Origin: a virus
Taxonomy: Duplodnaviria; Caudoviricetes
Strand: one strand, 5' to 3'
Virus record (IMG/VR): IMGVR_UViG_3300030433_002664
Coordinates: 1 to 38,710 of that record
Length of the DNA stretch: 38,710 nucleotides
The position numbers were made by a program, and so were the translations under genes. Shown here in pieces: positions 7,389 to 15,935 of this stretch (position 1 is its first letter; each line of letters begins with the position of its first letter). The notes beneath the pieces are model-generated. The model ran no database searches. It was not told where the DNA came from and saw only the letters and a program-made list of their open reading frames with translations.

Positions 7389-8140
7389 ATTTATTGTGTC
7401 TGGGCTCACCAACTAAAGCTTCAGATATCGGTGGTGTCAGTGCCACAGCAAACCCTGTTGCTAATTCTTCAGGGTCGGTGACTAACCAGGCTATTCAAGT
7501 CTTACAAGGTCCCTACATCACCAATACATACGGCAACGGTATTCAGTGCCAAGGTCCTACCTTAAATATATCGCCTTTTGTCACAGGAACAAATTCATTT
7601 GCGCTGCCTTACGAAGCAACTTATAAAGATCCTGTTTACGATACCACTGATATTAATGAGGACGGATTATTAGATAATCCTGGAGGTATTCTGTATTACA
7701 AAGATGTCAGGACAGGACAAAAAAATAATCACAGCATAAATCTCGGTGTTACTGCAACATTTTCAATGCCGCTCGATCGTAAATTGCAGGATCAATGTAA
7801 ACAAGCAGTTTCAACACAGGTTGATATACAACGTCAAATACTTGCCAACCGTAGGCTCGATTTTGAGATTGCTAGATTAAAAAACTGCGGTGAATTAGCG
7901 AAAGCTGGTATTACTTTTCATCCAAAATCAAAATATTTTAAAATCTGCGAAGACGTTGTAGTGCGTATATTAAGCGATGAAATTCCATCGCATACCCACT
8001 CTATTTCTTTAACGCCCGCCTCAAAGCCAAAATCGCACGATTCCGATCACGCTGAGCAATCCTCCGCTCAAACACAGACTCCACCTTCTGGGACCGTCCT
8101 GTCAACGAAGCAATCTTCTTCATCATCTTCTTCACAGTAG
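7217..8140 (+). CDS. Exported or membrane-anchored protein with Cys pairs and a possible Ca-binding loop
   Basis: Signal-like segment KRHRKYLYLFAINLLCLGSPTKA, DINEDGLLD (DxNxDG) loop and several Cys. The only in-frame ATG lies 172 nt inside the upstream gene. Confidence 0.7.
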   Translation: MDNRGSIKQAVLGNCKPWRWFSVHRNTQRSWTRQSNDNPKNNRSNKRHRKYLYLFAINLLCLGSPTKASDIGGVSATANPVANSSGSVTNQAIQVLQGPYITNTYGNGIQCQGPTLNISPFVTGTNSFALPYEATYKDPVYDTTDINEDGLLDNPGGILYYKDVRTGQKNNHSINLGVTATFSMPLDRKLQDQCKQAVSTQVDIQRQILANRRLDFEIARLKNCGELAKAGITFHPKSKYFKICEDVVVRILSDEIPSHTHSISLTPASKPKSHDSDHAEQSSAQTQTPPSGTVLSTKQSSSSSSSQ

Positions 8141-8777
8141 GCTTGATTAATTTCAACAAAAGGTCTGCTAAAGGTTTAGCTAAAAGCGCAGAAGAAGTTG
8201 CGACAACAGCTATTGTGGCTGTCGTTGTAGCTTGAGGCAGAGTCGGAAGATATTTCTCAGTAAAGCTGACGGTAGCAGGTACTTGCTCCACAACTTCGAC
8301 GCACTCGCCCTCAACTAAAGAATATCCTTCATCACAAATAATTGATTCTTTTTCTTCATCTTTTTCGGAAGTTTCAGCTGGCGTGTTTGTACCCGTGAAA
8401 CCTGACTTTGTGTTTAGATCCCCAGTAGATTGTTTGCTTTGTTTATCAGTCGGCCCAGCGGTTTTAATACCTTTAAATGAAGCCGGACGCGAATAAATTA
8501 AGTTCTCTGGCGTATAGTCGATTGGTGTAAATGTCGGCATCCCAGCATCACAAAAAGTTTGAATACCTTTTGGATCATCAGTTTCAATAGAATTAGATTT
8601 TTTATTGCCTGGATGTGCCTTAACGCAACCAGGTATTTGGACGACAGGTACGCCAACTTGTACTGTTACAGGTGGCGCTAACCTTTCAACGACAGTCAGA
8701 TTATGCACCCAAGCGTGAGGCTGATAAACCTGCACGGGGTTCACGGTTTTTATTCCTAATTCAGGAATGTTTGGCAT
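8001..8777 (-). CDS. Membrane-anchored Pro-rich protein with basic C-tail
   Basis: IPGCVKAH..FCDAGMP Cys pair, CDEGYSLVEGEC, hydrophobic TTATIAVVATSSALLAKPL, then a basic tail. Confidence 0.75.
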   Translation of the reverse strand: MPNIPELGIKTVNPVQVYQPHAWVHNLTVVERLAPPVTVQVGVPVVQIPGCVKAHPGNKKSNSIETDDPKGIQTFCDAGMPTFTPIDYTPENLIYSRPASFKGIKTAGPTDKQSKQSTGDLNTKSGFTGTNTPAETSEKDEEKESIICDEGYSLVEGECVEVVEQVPATVSFTEKYLPTLPQATTTATIAVVATSSALLAKPLADLLLKLIKPTVKKMMKKIASLTGRSQKVESVFERRIAQRDRNRAILALRRALKK

Positions 8778-9061
8778 CAGTTGGCTCTGATTACGTCTCC
8801 CGTCTCACGCGGTATTACACGTAAAACACCGTCTCGATAGCCCTTCAGTTGCGTTTTTAATGTTTTAGTGAATTCATAACTCATCGAGGCTGTGCTTGTT
8901 TCAGTTTGTTTTTTGAGAGATTGGTTTATCTCTTTGCTGAAATCTTTAACAATCTCTCTTCGCTGCGTATTCATCAGGACGTTTAGATGATAAAACATGT
9001 ACCCAAGCATTAGATTGGGTATCAGAGCTATCACTGCAATTACAAGGGATAGTTTCTGCAT
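8777..9061 (-). CDS. Small membrane protein (N-terminal TM plus coiled coil)
   Basis: MQKLSLVIAVIALIPNLMLGYMF; translationally coupled on both sides. Confidence 0.7.
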   Translation of the reverse strand: MQKLSLVIAVIALIPNLMLGYMFYHLNVLMNTQRREIVKDFSKEINQSLKKQTETSTASMSYEFTKTLKTQLKGYRDGVLRVIPRETGDVIRAN

Positions 9062-12000
9062 CTATTGGCCCATACCATTATTGGATTGGAACGGTAACTC
9101 TGCGAAGGCGGCGTAGAGATACGTTGAACCAGAAGCGTTCCAATAATTAAAAGTAACGTTGTTTAGCTTGAAGCCATTGGACAAGAACAACATAGTGTCG
9201 CCGTTTGCACTGGTCTCCTCAGCAGTAGTTTTGTTCGGATACAAAACCTTTTCTCTGTAGTTACCCTCATGAGTATTTCTCTTGTTATCAAAGATAATCC
9301 AGTCGCCAGCTGAATTAGTTCGTTTAATCATTAAAAATGCTGGCGCGAAATTTGTTTGCACAAACGGACCATCATTTGACCCGTTGCCGGTGTATGTACC
9401 AAACGCGCTATAACCTGCGACAGGTGCAAATGCATAGCAAAGATAATCTTCACCGTTTGCATTACTATTGCTGCCGCTGCTGCTGCCTGTAATCCCAACA
9501 ACAGAAGAAGTGTGATTACCGTAATAACTTGTAAGGCCAGTCAAGAGATCGCTTGTGTCATTCAAATAAAAGAAATGTTTATCATTAATAAAAGTAGGAA
9601 TGACTACCCAATTTCTTGCATTATCGCGACTCTTAATAATAATCAGAGATGGTTTGCTGTTCAAGCCATGCGCAATGGTCTGATTAGCTGAATTATTTCC
9701 TGTGTACTTAATAATGCTAAACCCAGCCTCTGGGTTGGCTTTGACTACTGAATTCATTGATGGAGAAGCAGGGGGTGTGATATTGGCATTAACGAGGATC
9801 TTGCCATTCACCTCTACGGCGTTCCACTCAAAAGCTCTACCAGTACGTTCAATGCGGATTTTTGTTATTGGACCGGCATAGCTAGATGTTGCATACCATT
9901 TCGCTCCAGACGAACCTTGCGAAACGGTTTCTACGTTGCTTCCACCGTTATAGAGGTTGATGACAAGGGGGTTGCTGCTAGTGACAGCGGCATAAACCCT
10001 TACTCCTCCCGCCGCAACCGTTGTACTAATCGCAATCTCTGCATATTCATTATTTGAATCTCCTTCAGTAGCAGTGCTCAAGCTGCCGTCAAAACCATTA
10101 GTCAATGGCTTGCCTGAAGCGGTGCTACCGCCGCTCAAAGTAGTGACGTTGCTCCAAGTTGCGCTTTGATCATAAGCACTAGCATTCTCACTGCCTGACA
10201 GTCTGGTCGACCCAGCAGTGCTATTCGTATTGATCACCCCACCCATTCCTGAGTGCTGAGTACAATAATAAAATAACGTCGGCGCACTCGCAGCCACAAC
10301 AATTGTAGTTTTCGCACCTGCTTGTCCAGGTGTACCGGTCACCGTAACGCCCGTAGTGTATTCACTACCGCCACCATGCGTCCCATTCGCTGTAGTGGAG
10401 AACCGCAGAGGATGGCCTGCATTACTACTATCCGACTGATCAAAGACATAAGTACTGCCCTCAGCAAGATCAAGTGTTACGGCACTTGTACCATGATCGT
10501 CAAAGCGGTACTTGTTGCCGCTGTCGCTAACAACCTTGACGGTGTAGGTCTTATTGCTGTTTGCCCCAGCATTCCAACACCAGGCAACGTAGTTCACACT
10601 GCTGCCATTGACCTGTGAGGTGCTCGTGCCATCAACGATATTGAATCCTGTTGATGACGTGCCAGAGATATAGCCCCGTTCAGCGCCATCTGTGGGGTCT
10701 GTAAGGCGATTCTCTTCTGCAGTTGAGCTTGAAGACAGCAGTTTCGTCGATCCAAAACCACGAACACTGTCCTGCAATACATGTGCAAACGCGCTTCCCC
10801 TTGCTTTTACCCAGATCAGATCTGGGCTAAACTCAAGCCCAGTAATTGACTGCGATCCACCATTGCCTGTGTAAAGTACGGCATCGAAATGTTTTGAGCC
10901 ATCGGGAATCGTCGCGGCAGGCAATGCCGTGGTGTTCAATGCGGCGTAACCACTAGGCATCGGATACTTGAACCGCATTTGGCCGAAGTTAATGACACCG
11001 CCACTCTGATAAATCTGAACTTCTGGGAAGAACGTGCCATCAGTCATGCCAGTGAAAGCCTGACCCTGACTTACACCATTTTTGTAAAACTCTATTGTTC
11101 CAGCATCCCGATCGAACGCTACGCCAACAATATCGCCGCTCCCCCATGTAGCGCCATAACTAACGCTTCCGGCTGAGCTTTGCTTATTGCCATTGTGAGA
11201 CAAGTACATGCCTCCACCATTTGCGTTGTACGAAGGGTTGCCTGCTGTTGTTGCGTTATTTCTCCAGCCGACACCGGTATAGCTTCCGCTGGTTTTTTCA
11301 AACTCGTAGTACCACTTTCCAGAAGCAACTCCAATCGTGCCAACGTGCGAGTGCCAGCCAGTGGAGTTAGATACCTTTAGGTTTCCATTACTGAAAGATG
11401 CGCCACTAGGCTTGACCAAAGGGTTCATCGTGGCGTAGTTACCGCGCTGATAGCCACCCGTCGTGTCCGTTGCGTCCGCATCATCCTCTACTACTGATGG
11501 CACATCAACCAACACATCTTCATCTGCACCAATCTCGTCGTCACCGATCGCCCAGTAAAGATAGGTGTGACCACTAGCGTTAATGTCGTTATATGTTGCA
11601 AGCGGCTGGAATCCATTATCTAGGAAATTAGCCCAATTCTGCCCTGGCTGATATTCAGCGTCAGCTACCTCTGCATAGAACGATTTAGTGCGCGGGTTAG
11701 CAGGATTTCTTTCGCTATCTAACATCACCCAACCGCCTGTGCCGCTTGTTCTCCGAACCAGCAGGAATCTGGGCTTAAAGCCGGTCACAATTACGGGGCC
11801 TGTGCTACTGCCATTACCGGCGTACGAACCAATTCGCTGGTAGCCGGGGACATTGTGGAAACAGTAAGTAATTACATTTTGATTATTGCCATTTGTGGCC
11901 AAGTTGCCTCCAACATGAACAACAGAGTCAGTAGGAAGAGTTGAATTTAATTCATTTGTTCCATTGGTAAAGAACGCATTTGTACTGTTCAGTACGCCAC

Positions 12001-14644
12001 CAGTTGTTGGAGTGCCATCTACATATCTTGACCATACGAACCAGTTGTCAGTAGCCTCTCTGTTCTTAAAAATCATCAAGTCTGGAGCTTGATTCAGGCC
12101 ATGACCAAACGTACCAGCAGCGTTTGTTCCAACATGATTTACAATCGAAAAACCATACGCAGGGTTTGCAGATACCGATGAAGTGATGCTGCCGTCACTA
12201 TTAGAAACTGCCGTACCGCCTGCTTTCCAACACCAGGCAACCATTGTTCTACCAATGTTATTAAACTGACCCTCGTTTCCGACGGTAAAGCCAGTGGAAT
12301 TAAATGCAGTAAGTCCCTGTGTCAGTGTAGCTTCAGCAGCAGTTGTGTTAGATCGAACTGACTTTGTTGCTCCACGAACCGAGTCAGTTAAATAGTGGTC
12401 GTATGCGTGCGAGCGAGACTTTAACCACACCAAATCCGGTTGGAACTTGAGACCTGGGCCGCCACTTCCATTAACAATGATAGTGGTGCCGTTGATCCTC
12501 AAGCCACGAATACCTGCACCTGTACCACCACCACCAGAAGGCGCATCAATTAATAGTGATGTCAGCGAGGTCATGCCACCACCTGGAGTGATGTTTACAT
12601 AGCCAAGACCGCTTTGAGTAAAGGTGCTGCCGTAACCGCCACCATTAACGTTGACACGGATAGGCGTACCTGTATCAACCCAAATATCGAGCTGAGTGCA
12701 AGCTATGGCAGGGCTGGGTGTAAATGTGATTGTGTTTCCAGCAGTCAAATTATTCCAAGAGCTGCTGCTGCCATCAAACATATTGGAGGTGTTGTTACCA
12801 CCTGTGGTTTGATCGCTGTAGACAGGCTGACCAACTGCTAAGGTCCCACTGTTGCCGGTGTAGAGCATCACATCAAAGTTCTGCTTACTGGTGCTCAGCC
12901 CCTCATTCGTGACGAAGTTGTTTACGTCCCAGTTATTCCCTGGCCGATCTGCAAAAGCGATATAAATATAGTTGCCGTTATTAGCATTCGTGCCATCGCT
13001 TGTAGATTTTGGCTGGAAGCCATCATCCAAAAAGTCAACAGCGTTGCCTGAGTGAGTGCTTTCGGCGTTAGTTAGGTTAGGGAACAAGCGTGCAACGTTT
13101 GGATTAATAGAGTCACGCTTACTGTCATACAAAGCCCAGTTGTCAGTAGTGCCGGAATCAGTGCGCTTCACCAGCAGCCATCTGACTTTAAATCCGGTTG
13201 TAATTACAGGGCCTGTTGAAGAACCATTGCCGGTGTAACTTGAAATTTTGGAGTAGCCTGGTATTTCGCTCCACACATATGCCACATAATCAGTATTGTT
13301 TTCATTTGCATTACTGCTTGCATCAACATGAAATACGGTTGATGTTGGAGCAGTGTTGTTCCAAATAGTTGATCCGGTCGTAGCTGCAGCATTACTTTGG
13401 AGCTTGATATAGGCCGACTCCCCAAGGCTTGTGTGGTAAACATTCCAAGAATCAGTGTAGCCAGAGTTTGTTCTAGCTTTTACGATATAAAACTTTGGCG
13501 TTCGACCCAAACCATGCCCAATCGTGGCATCTGAAGTTACACCTGTGTAAGTGACAATACTGAAGCCATAATCAGTATTTGCCGAGACTTGTGAAGTGAT
13601 CGTTCCATCAGTATTAGAAACAGCAGGCCCGCCAGCTCGCCATGTCCAAGCTATAAATGAGTTACCAGAGGGGTAGTTACTGGTCCCATCTGCGCCCAAG
13701 GTGAATCCATCTGCGTTAAAAGACAGGATGTGGCTGGATCTTGTATTTTCCGCACCATCTGAATTTGACTGCAGAACTTTTGTCCCGCCACGCACACTGT
13801 CAGCAAGAAAGTGTGCAGAAGTGCCGGAATCTCTGTTTTTAACCCAGACAAGCCCAGGTTCAAAGTTCAAGCCGCCGATATTTTGCGTTCCACCATTACC
13901 CGTATAGGTGATAGCATCCATTCCCGCTTTGGGGTCTAATGTCACTTCTTGCGTTACATCGTAACCAAGTTTCTGTTTTCTATCTACTTCGTCAAACGCT
14001 AACCTATAGCCAAGAGAACCATAAGTACCATTAAATTTCTTTGGAATCCATACACCTTGGTCATTGTATTTCCCAAACTCAGACGCCGCAAGTGCCTGAC
14101 CATCGACAAACTGAATATCTGCTAATTCGCCATCTAAATAATGTGAATTGTCGATATGAGTTTTGCCGATACTATGAGCAGCAGCACTGTTGACCCCTGT
14201 GTTTGCGTTTTGGCTTGGGTTTGACGTGCTGGAAAAATCAGTAATTTGCGATCCGTTCCAGTAAATCTTTATTCGGTCATTTGCCGTTGAGGCTGTTGTA
14301 TCTACAGCCACAATTAAGTTTGCCCAGGCCCCAGGATCACGAAAAACTTGTGAAGTTTGTCTGTTAGTTGCTTGACCCACTGTGACCATAAGCGTGTCAT
14401 TTGCTTGAAAACGGATCATGAAACGATCCGTCGCAGTATCAGCTGAGCCCGCCTCGAAAATAAACTGACGAACTCCGAGCTTGGATCTTTTAAGCCAGGT
14501 TGAAAAAGTAAACGTTTTGCGGTTGCTTGCACTCGCAGGAGTTCTACTCAAATATGCGCTATCACTACTATTAAATCTCAGAGCACGCGAAATAATATAC
14601 CCATCAGCCCCGACAATGGGGATTAGCATTTGGATGATGCCCAT
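9062..14644 (-). CDS. Giant modular tail fibre / receptor-binding protein A (ConA/LamG-like N-domain, three beta-repeat units, SPRY domain, cupredoxin-like insert)
   Basis: N-terminal LRFN..D..YLSRT/FRDP.AW motifs; three repeats of YTGNG..G..F.PD.VW.K.R..ANP..GFSI; SPRY motif SGKWYYE..GDIVGVAFD.DAGTIEFYKNG. The likely start is ATG 14644 (TGATG overlap with the upstream stop), giving 1860 aa. Confidence 0.85.
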   Translation of the reverse strand: MGIIQMLIPIVGADGYIISRALRFNSSDSAYLSRTPASASNRKTFTFSTWLKRSKLGVRQFIFEAGSADTATDRFMIRFQANDTLMVTVGQATNRQTSQVFRDPGAWANLIVAVDTTASTANDRIKIYWNGSQITDFSSTSNPSQNANTGVNSAAAHSIGKTHIDNSHYLDGELADIQFVDGQALAASEFGKYNDQGVWIPKKFNGTYGSLGYRLAFDEVDRKQKLGYDVTQEVTLDPKAGMDAITYTGNGGTQNIGGLNFEPGLVWVKNRDSGTSAHFLADSVRGGTKVLQSNSDGAENTRSSHILSFNADGFTLGADGTSNYPSGNSFIAWTWRAGGPAVSNTDGTITSQVSANTDYGFSIVTYTGVTSDATIGHGLGRTPKFYIVKARTNSGYTDSWNVYHTSLGESAYIKLQSNAAATTGSTIWNNTAPTSTVFHVDASSNANENNTDYVAYVWSEIPGYSKISSYTGNGSSTGPVITTGFKVRWLLVKRTDSGTTDNWALYDSKRDSINPNVARLFPNLTNAESTHSGNAVDFLDDGFQPKSTSDGTNANNGNYIYIAFADRPGNNWDVNNFVTNEGLSTSKQNFDVMLYTGNSGTLAVGQPVYSDQTTGGNNTSNMFDGSSSSWNNLTAGNTITFTPSPAIACTQLDIWVDTGTPIRVNVNGGGYGSTFTQSGLGYVNITPGGGMTSLTSLLIDAPSGGGGTGAGIRGLRINGTTIIVNGSGGPGLKFQPDLVWLKSRSHAYDHYLTDSVRGATKSVRSNTTAAEATLTQGLTAFNSTGFTVGNEGQFNNIGRTMVAWCWKAGGTAVSNSDGSITSSVSANPAYGFSIVNHVGTNAAGTFGHGLNQAPDLMIFKNREATDNWFVWSRYVDGTPTTGGVLNSTNAFFTNGTNELNSTLPTDSVVHVGGNLATNGNNQNVITYCFHNVPGYQRIGSYAGNGSSTGPVIVTGFKPRFLLVRRTSGTGGWVMLDSERNPANPRTKSFYAEVADAEYQPGQNWANFLDNGFQPLATYNDINASGHTYLYWAIGDDEIGADEDVLVDVPSVVEDDADATDTTGGYQRGNYATMNPLVKPSGASFSNGNLKVSNSTGWHSHVGTIGVASGKWYYEFEKTSGSYTGVGWRNNATTAGNPSYNANGGGMYLSHNGNKQSSAGSVSYGATWGSGDIVGVAFDRDAGTIEFYKNGVSQGQAFTGMTDGTFFPEVQIYQSGGVINFGQMRFKYPMPSGYAALNTTALPAATIPDGSKHFDAVLYTGNGGSQSITGLEFSPDLIWVKARGSAFAHVLQDSVRGFGSTKLLSSSSTAEENRLTDPTDGAERGYISGTSSTGFNIVDGTSTSQVNGSSVNYVAWCWNAGANSNKTYTVKVVSDSGNKYRFDDHGTSAVTLDLAEGSTYVFDQSDSSNAGHPLRFSTTANGTHGGGSEYTTGVTVTGTPGQAGAKTTIVVAASAPTLFYYCTQHSGMGGVINTNSTAGSTRLSGSENASAYDQSATWSNVTTLSGGSTASGKPLTNGFDGSLSTATEGDSNNEYAEIAISTTVAAGGVRVYAAVTSSNPLVINLYNGGSNVETVSQGSSGAKWYATSSYAGPITKIRIERTGRAFEWNAVEVNGKILVNANITPPASPSMNSVVKANPEAGFSIIKYTGNNSANQTIAHGLNSKPSLIIIKSRDNARNWVVIPTFINDKHFFYLNDTSDLLTGLTSYYGNHTSSVVGITGSSSGSNSNANGEDYLCYAFAPVAGYSAFGTYTGNGSNDGPFVQTNFAPAFLMIKRTNSAGDWIIFDNKRNTHEGNYREKVLYPNKTTAEETSANGDTMLFLSNGFKLNNVTFNYWNASGSTYLYAAFAELPFQSNNGMGQ
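10899..10990. repeat. 92-bp direct repeat, copy 1 (copy 2 at 16960-17051), 90/92 identical
   Basis: Manual alignment. Both mismatches are synonymous. It encodes NFGQMRFKYPMPSGYAALNTTALPAATIPDG. Confidence 0.95.
11442..11482. repeat. 41-bp exact direct repeat, copy 1 (copy 2 at 17497-17537)
   Basis: ccgcgctgatagccacccgtcgtgtccgttgcgtccgcatc occurs in both fibre genes (DADATDTTGGYQRG). Confidence 0.95.
12917..12958. repeat. 42-bp direct repeat, copy 1 (copy 2 at 19017-19058), 40/42 identical
   Basis: Encodes AFADRPGNNWDVNN in both fibre genes. Confidence 0.9.
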
Positions 14645-15369
14645 CAGCTCACTCCGGTTCCGCCAATTACGAATTCGTTTGTAGCCACACAAAGTATAGT
14701 GGCGAGTCCATATGTTGCTAATGTTCTATTTCCAGTCGTACCCACACCAGCAAGGCGAAGAGTGACCGAGCTGCCTTGCGTGATCGTTTGATTGCTTGAA
14801 CTGTTGTTATAAACGGAGACCGCATCGCCGATAGCGAAGATGCCTGAGTTCAGTGTTACACCGCCTGTTGTAATGCTGATGTGCTTTCCTGCGTCAGAAG
14901 CTACAAGCACGTAAGCACTGGTCTTTGCGTTCTGGGGGATGTCACGTACATCGCCTTTGCTGTCGGTGACGGAACCAGCCGTTGTAGTGATGTTACCGGT
15001 AGTAGAAATAGTGATGTCGTCAGCCAGTTTCGCACCGGTCACTGCATCGTTCAAGATTTTTGATGTCGATACAGTCGAATCACCTGGTGTATTGACATCG
15101 ACTGAATCGCCTTGCATCACTGCGAAGAACGATAAGCCAGCCGCTGGGTTTGTAGTGAAGACTACCTGACTTCCTGAGACTGTAAAGTCAGTGCCAGGAT
15201 TCTGCATCACACCACCAACAGAAACGAATAGCTGACTGTTACTGGCTGGGAAAACGGCTTCCCCATCAACGGTCAAGTTGAAGGTGGAGGTAGAACCATT
15301 AAAACCACTAGAGATGTCGTCAATCGTGCGGTTCTGACCACGGGCTACTTGTCGACCAATGTATGGCAC
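14644..15369 (-). CDS. Virion fibre adaptor protein A
   Basis: The N-terminus MPYIG..IDDISSGFNGS..TF.LT is shared with 21110-21925, while the C-domain (IPQNAKTSAYVLVASDAGKHI..) differs. Confidence 0.75.
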   Translation of the reverse strand: MPYIGRQVARGQNRTIDDISSGFNGSTSTFNLTVDGEAVFPASNSQLFVSVGGVMQNPGTDFTVSGSQVVFTTNPAAGLSFFAVMQGDSVDVNTPGDSTVSTSKILNDAVTGAKLADDITISTTGNITTTAGSVTDSKGDVRDIPQNAKTSAYVLVASDAGKHISITTGGVTLNSGIFAIGDAVSVYNNSSSNQTITQGSSVTLRLAGVGTTGNRTLATYGLATILCVATNEFVIGGTGVS

Positions 15370-15390
15370 TTTTTATATCCGCTCAGGTAA

Positions 15391-15402
15391 TTTTATTCTA
15401 AA
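15391..15402 (-). promoter_or_regulatory. TTTAGAATAAAA promoter-like (-10) motif
   Basis: Recurring motif in the intergenic gap ~22 nt upstream of the GTG at 15369. Confidence 0.5.
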
Positions 15403-15406
15403 GGAA

Positions 15407-15898
15407 TTATACTTCCGGCCACTGCGCGAGGGCAGCGCCCGTAAGCAAATCTGCAAGTTCCTGCGTTGTTTCGCAGCGAGTGATCTGACCTTCACGCTGG
15501 TCACAGATACCACGGATAGATGCCCGCTGTGAAACGACTGCATCAGGAATCGGCTCTTCGGTTTCCGATTTGCGTGTTATGTACCAATCAGTAGAAGCTA
15601 GAAGCATTTTTGCTGTTTCTTTCTGCTTGTTGATCCACAACGTACGCAGTCCTGTCGTCCTACCCATAATGCCTCCGTTTTCATCTAAGACATCGGTATC
15701 GTCAATTTCTTTAGGATTAGAGGGACCCCAAAAGAAGCGCTGATCGTAGCGGACTGGTGCTGGTACATGAGCCTCAGTAATTCCAAGCGCAGAACGCTGC
15801 TCGGAAGTAGAAAGACGCAGCCAATTAGCGGGGTAAGTATTGCCTCCTACGGTAAATGAAACATCGTAGGGAAGCCTTTCACCGTCTAAAACGTACAT
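15407..15898 (-). CDS. Tail fibre assembly chaperone-like protein
   Basis: YPANWL and LLASTDWYITRK.E...IP..V...RA.IR...WP motifs; lies downstream of a fibre gene. Confidence 0.75.
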   Translation of the reverse strand: MYVLDGERLPYDVSFTVGGNTYPANWLRLSTSEQRSALGITEAHVPAPVRYDQRFFWGPSNPKEIDDTDVLDENGGIMGRTTGLRTLWINKQKETAKMLLASTDWYITRKSETEEPIPDAVVSQRASIRGICDQREGQITRCETTQELADLLTGAALAQWPEV

Positions 15899-15935
15899 TA
15901 CAATATGCTTTTTCTTTAATCTAATTCATCAACGC

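Noticed and set aside
14645-14692. N-terminal extension MCGYKRIRNWRNRSEL of the 1876-aa ORF
   Set aside because: It overlaps the upstream gene. The TGATG-coupled ATG at 14644 is the more plausible start.
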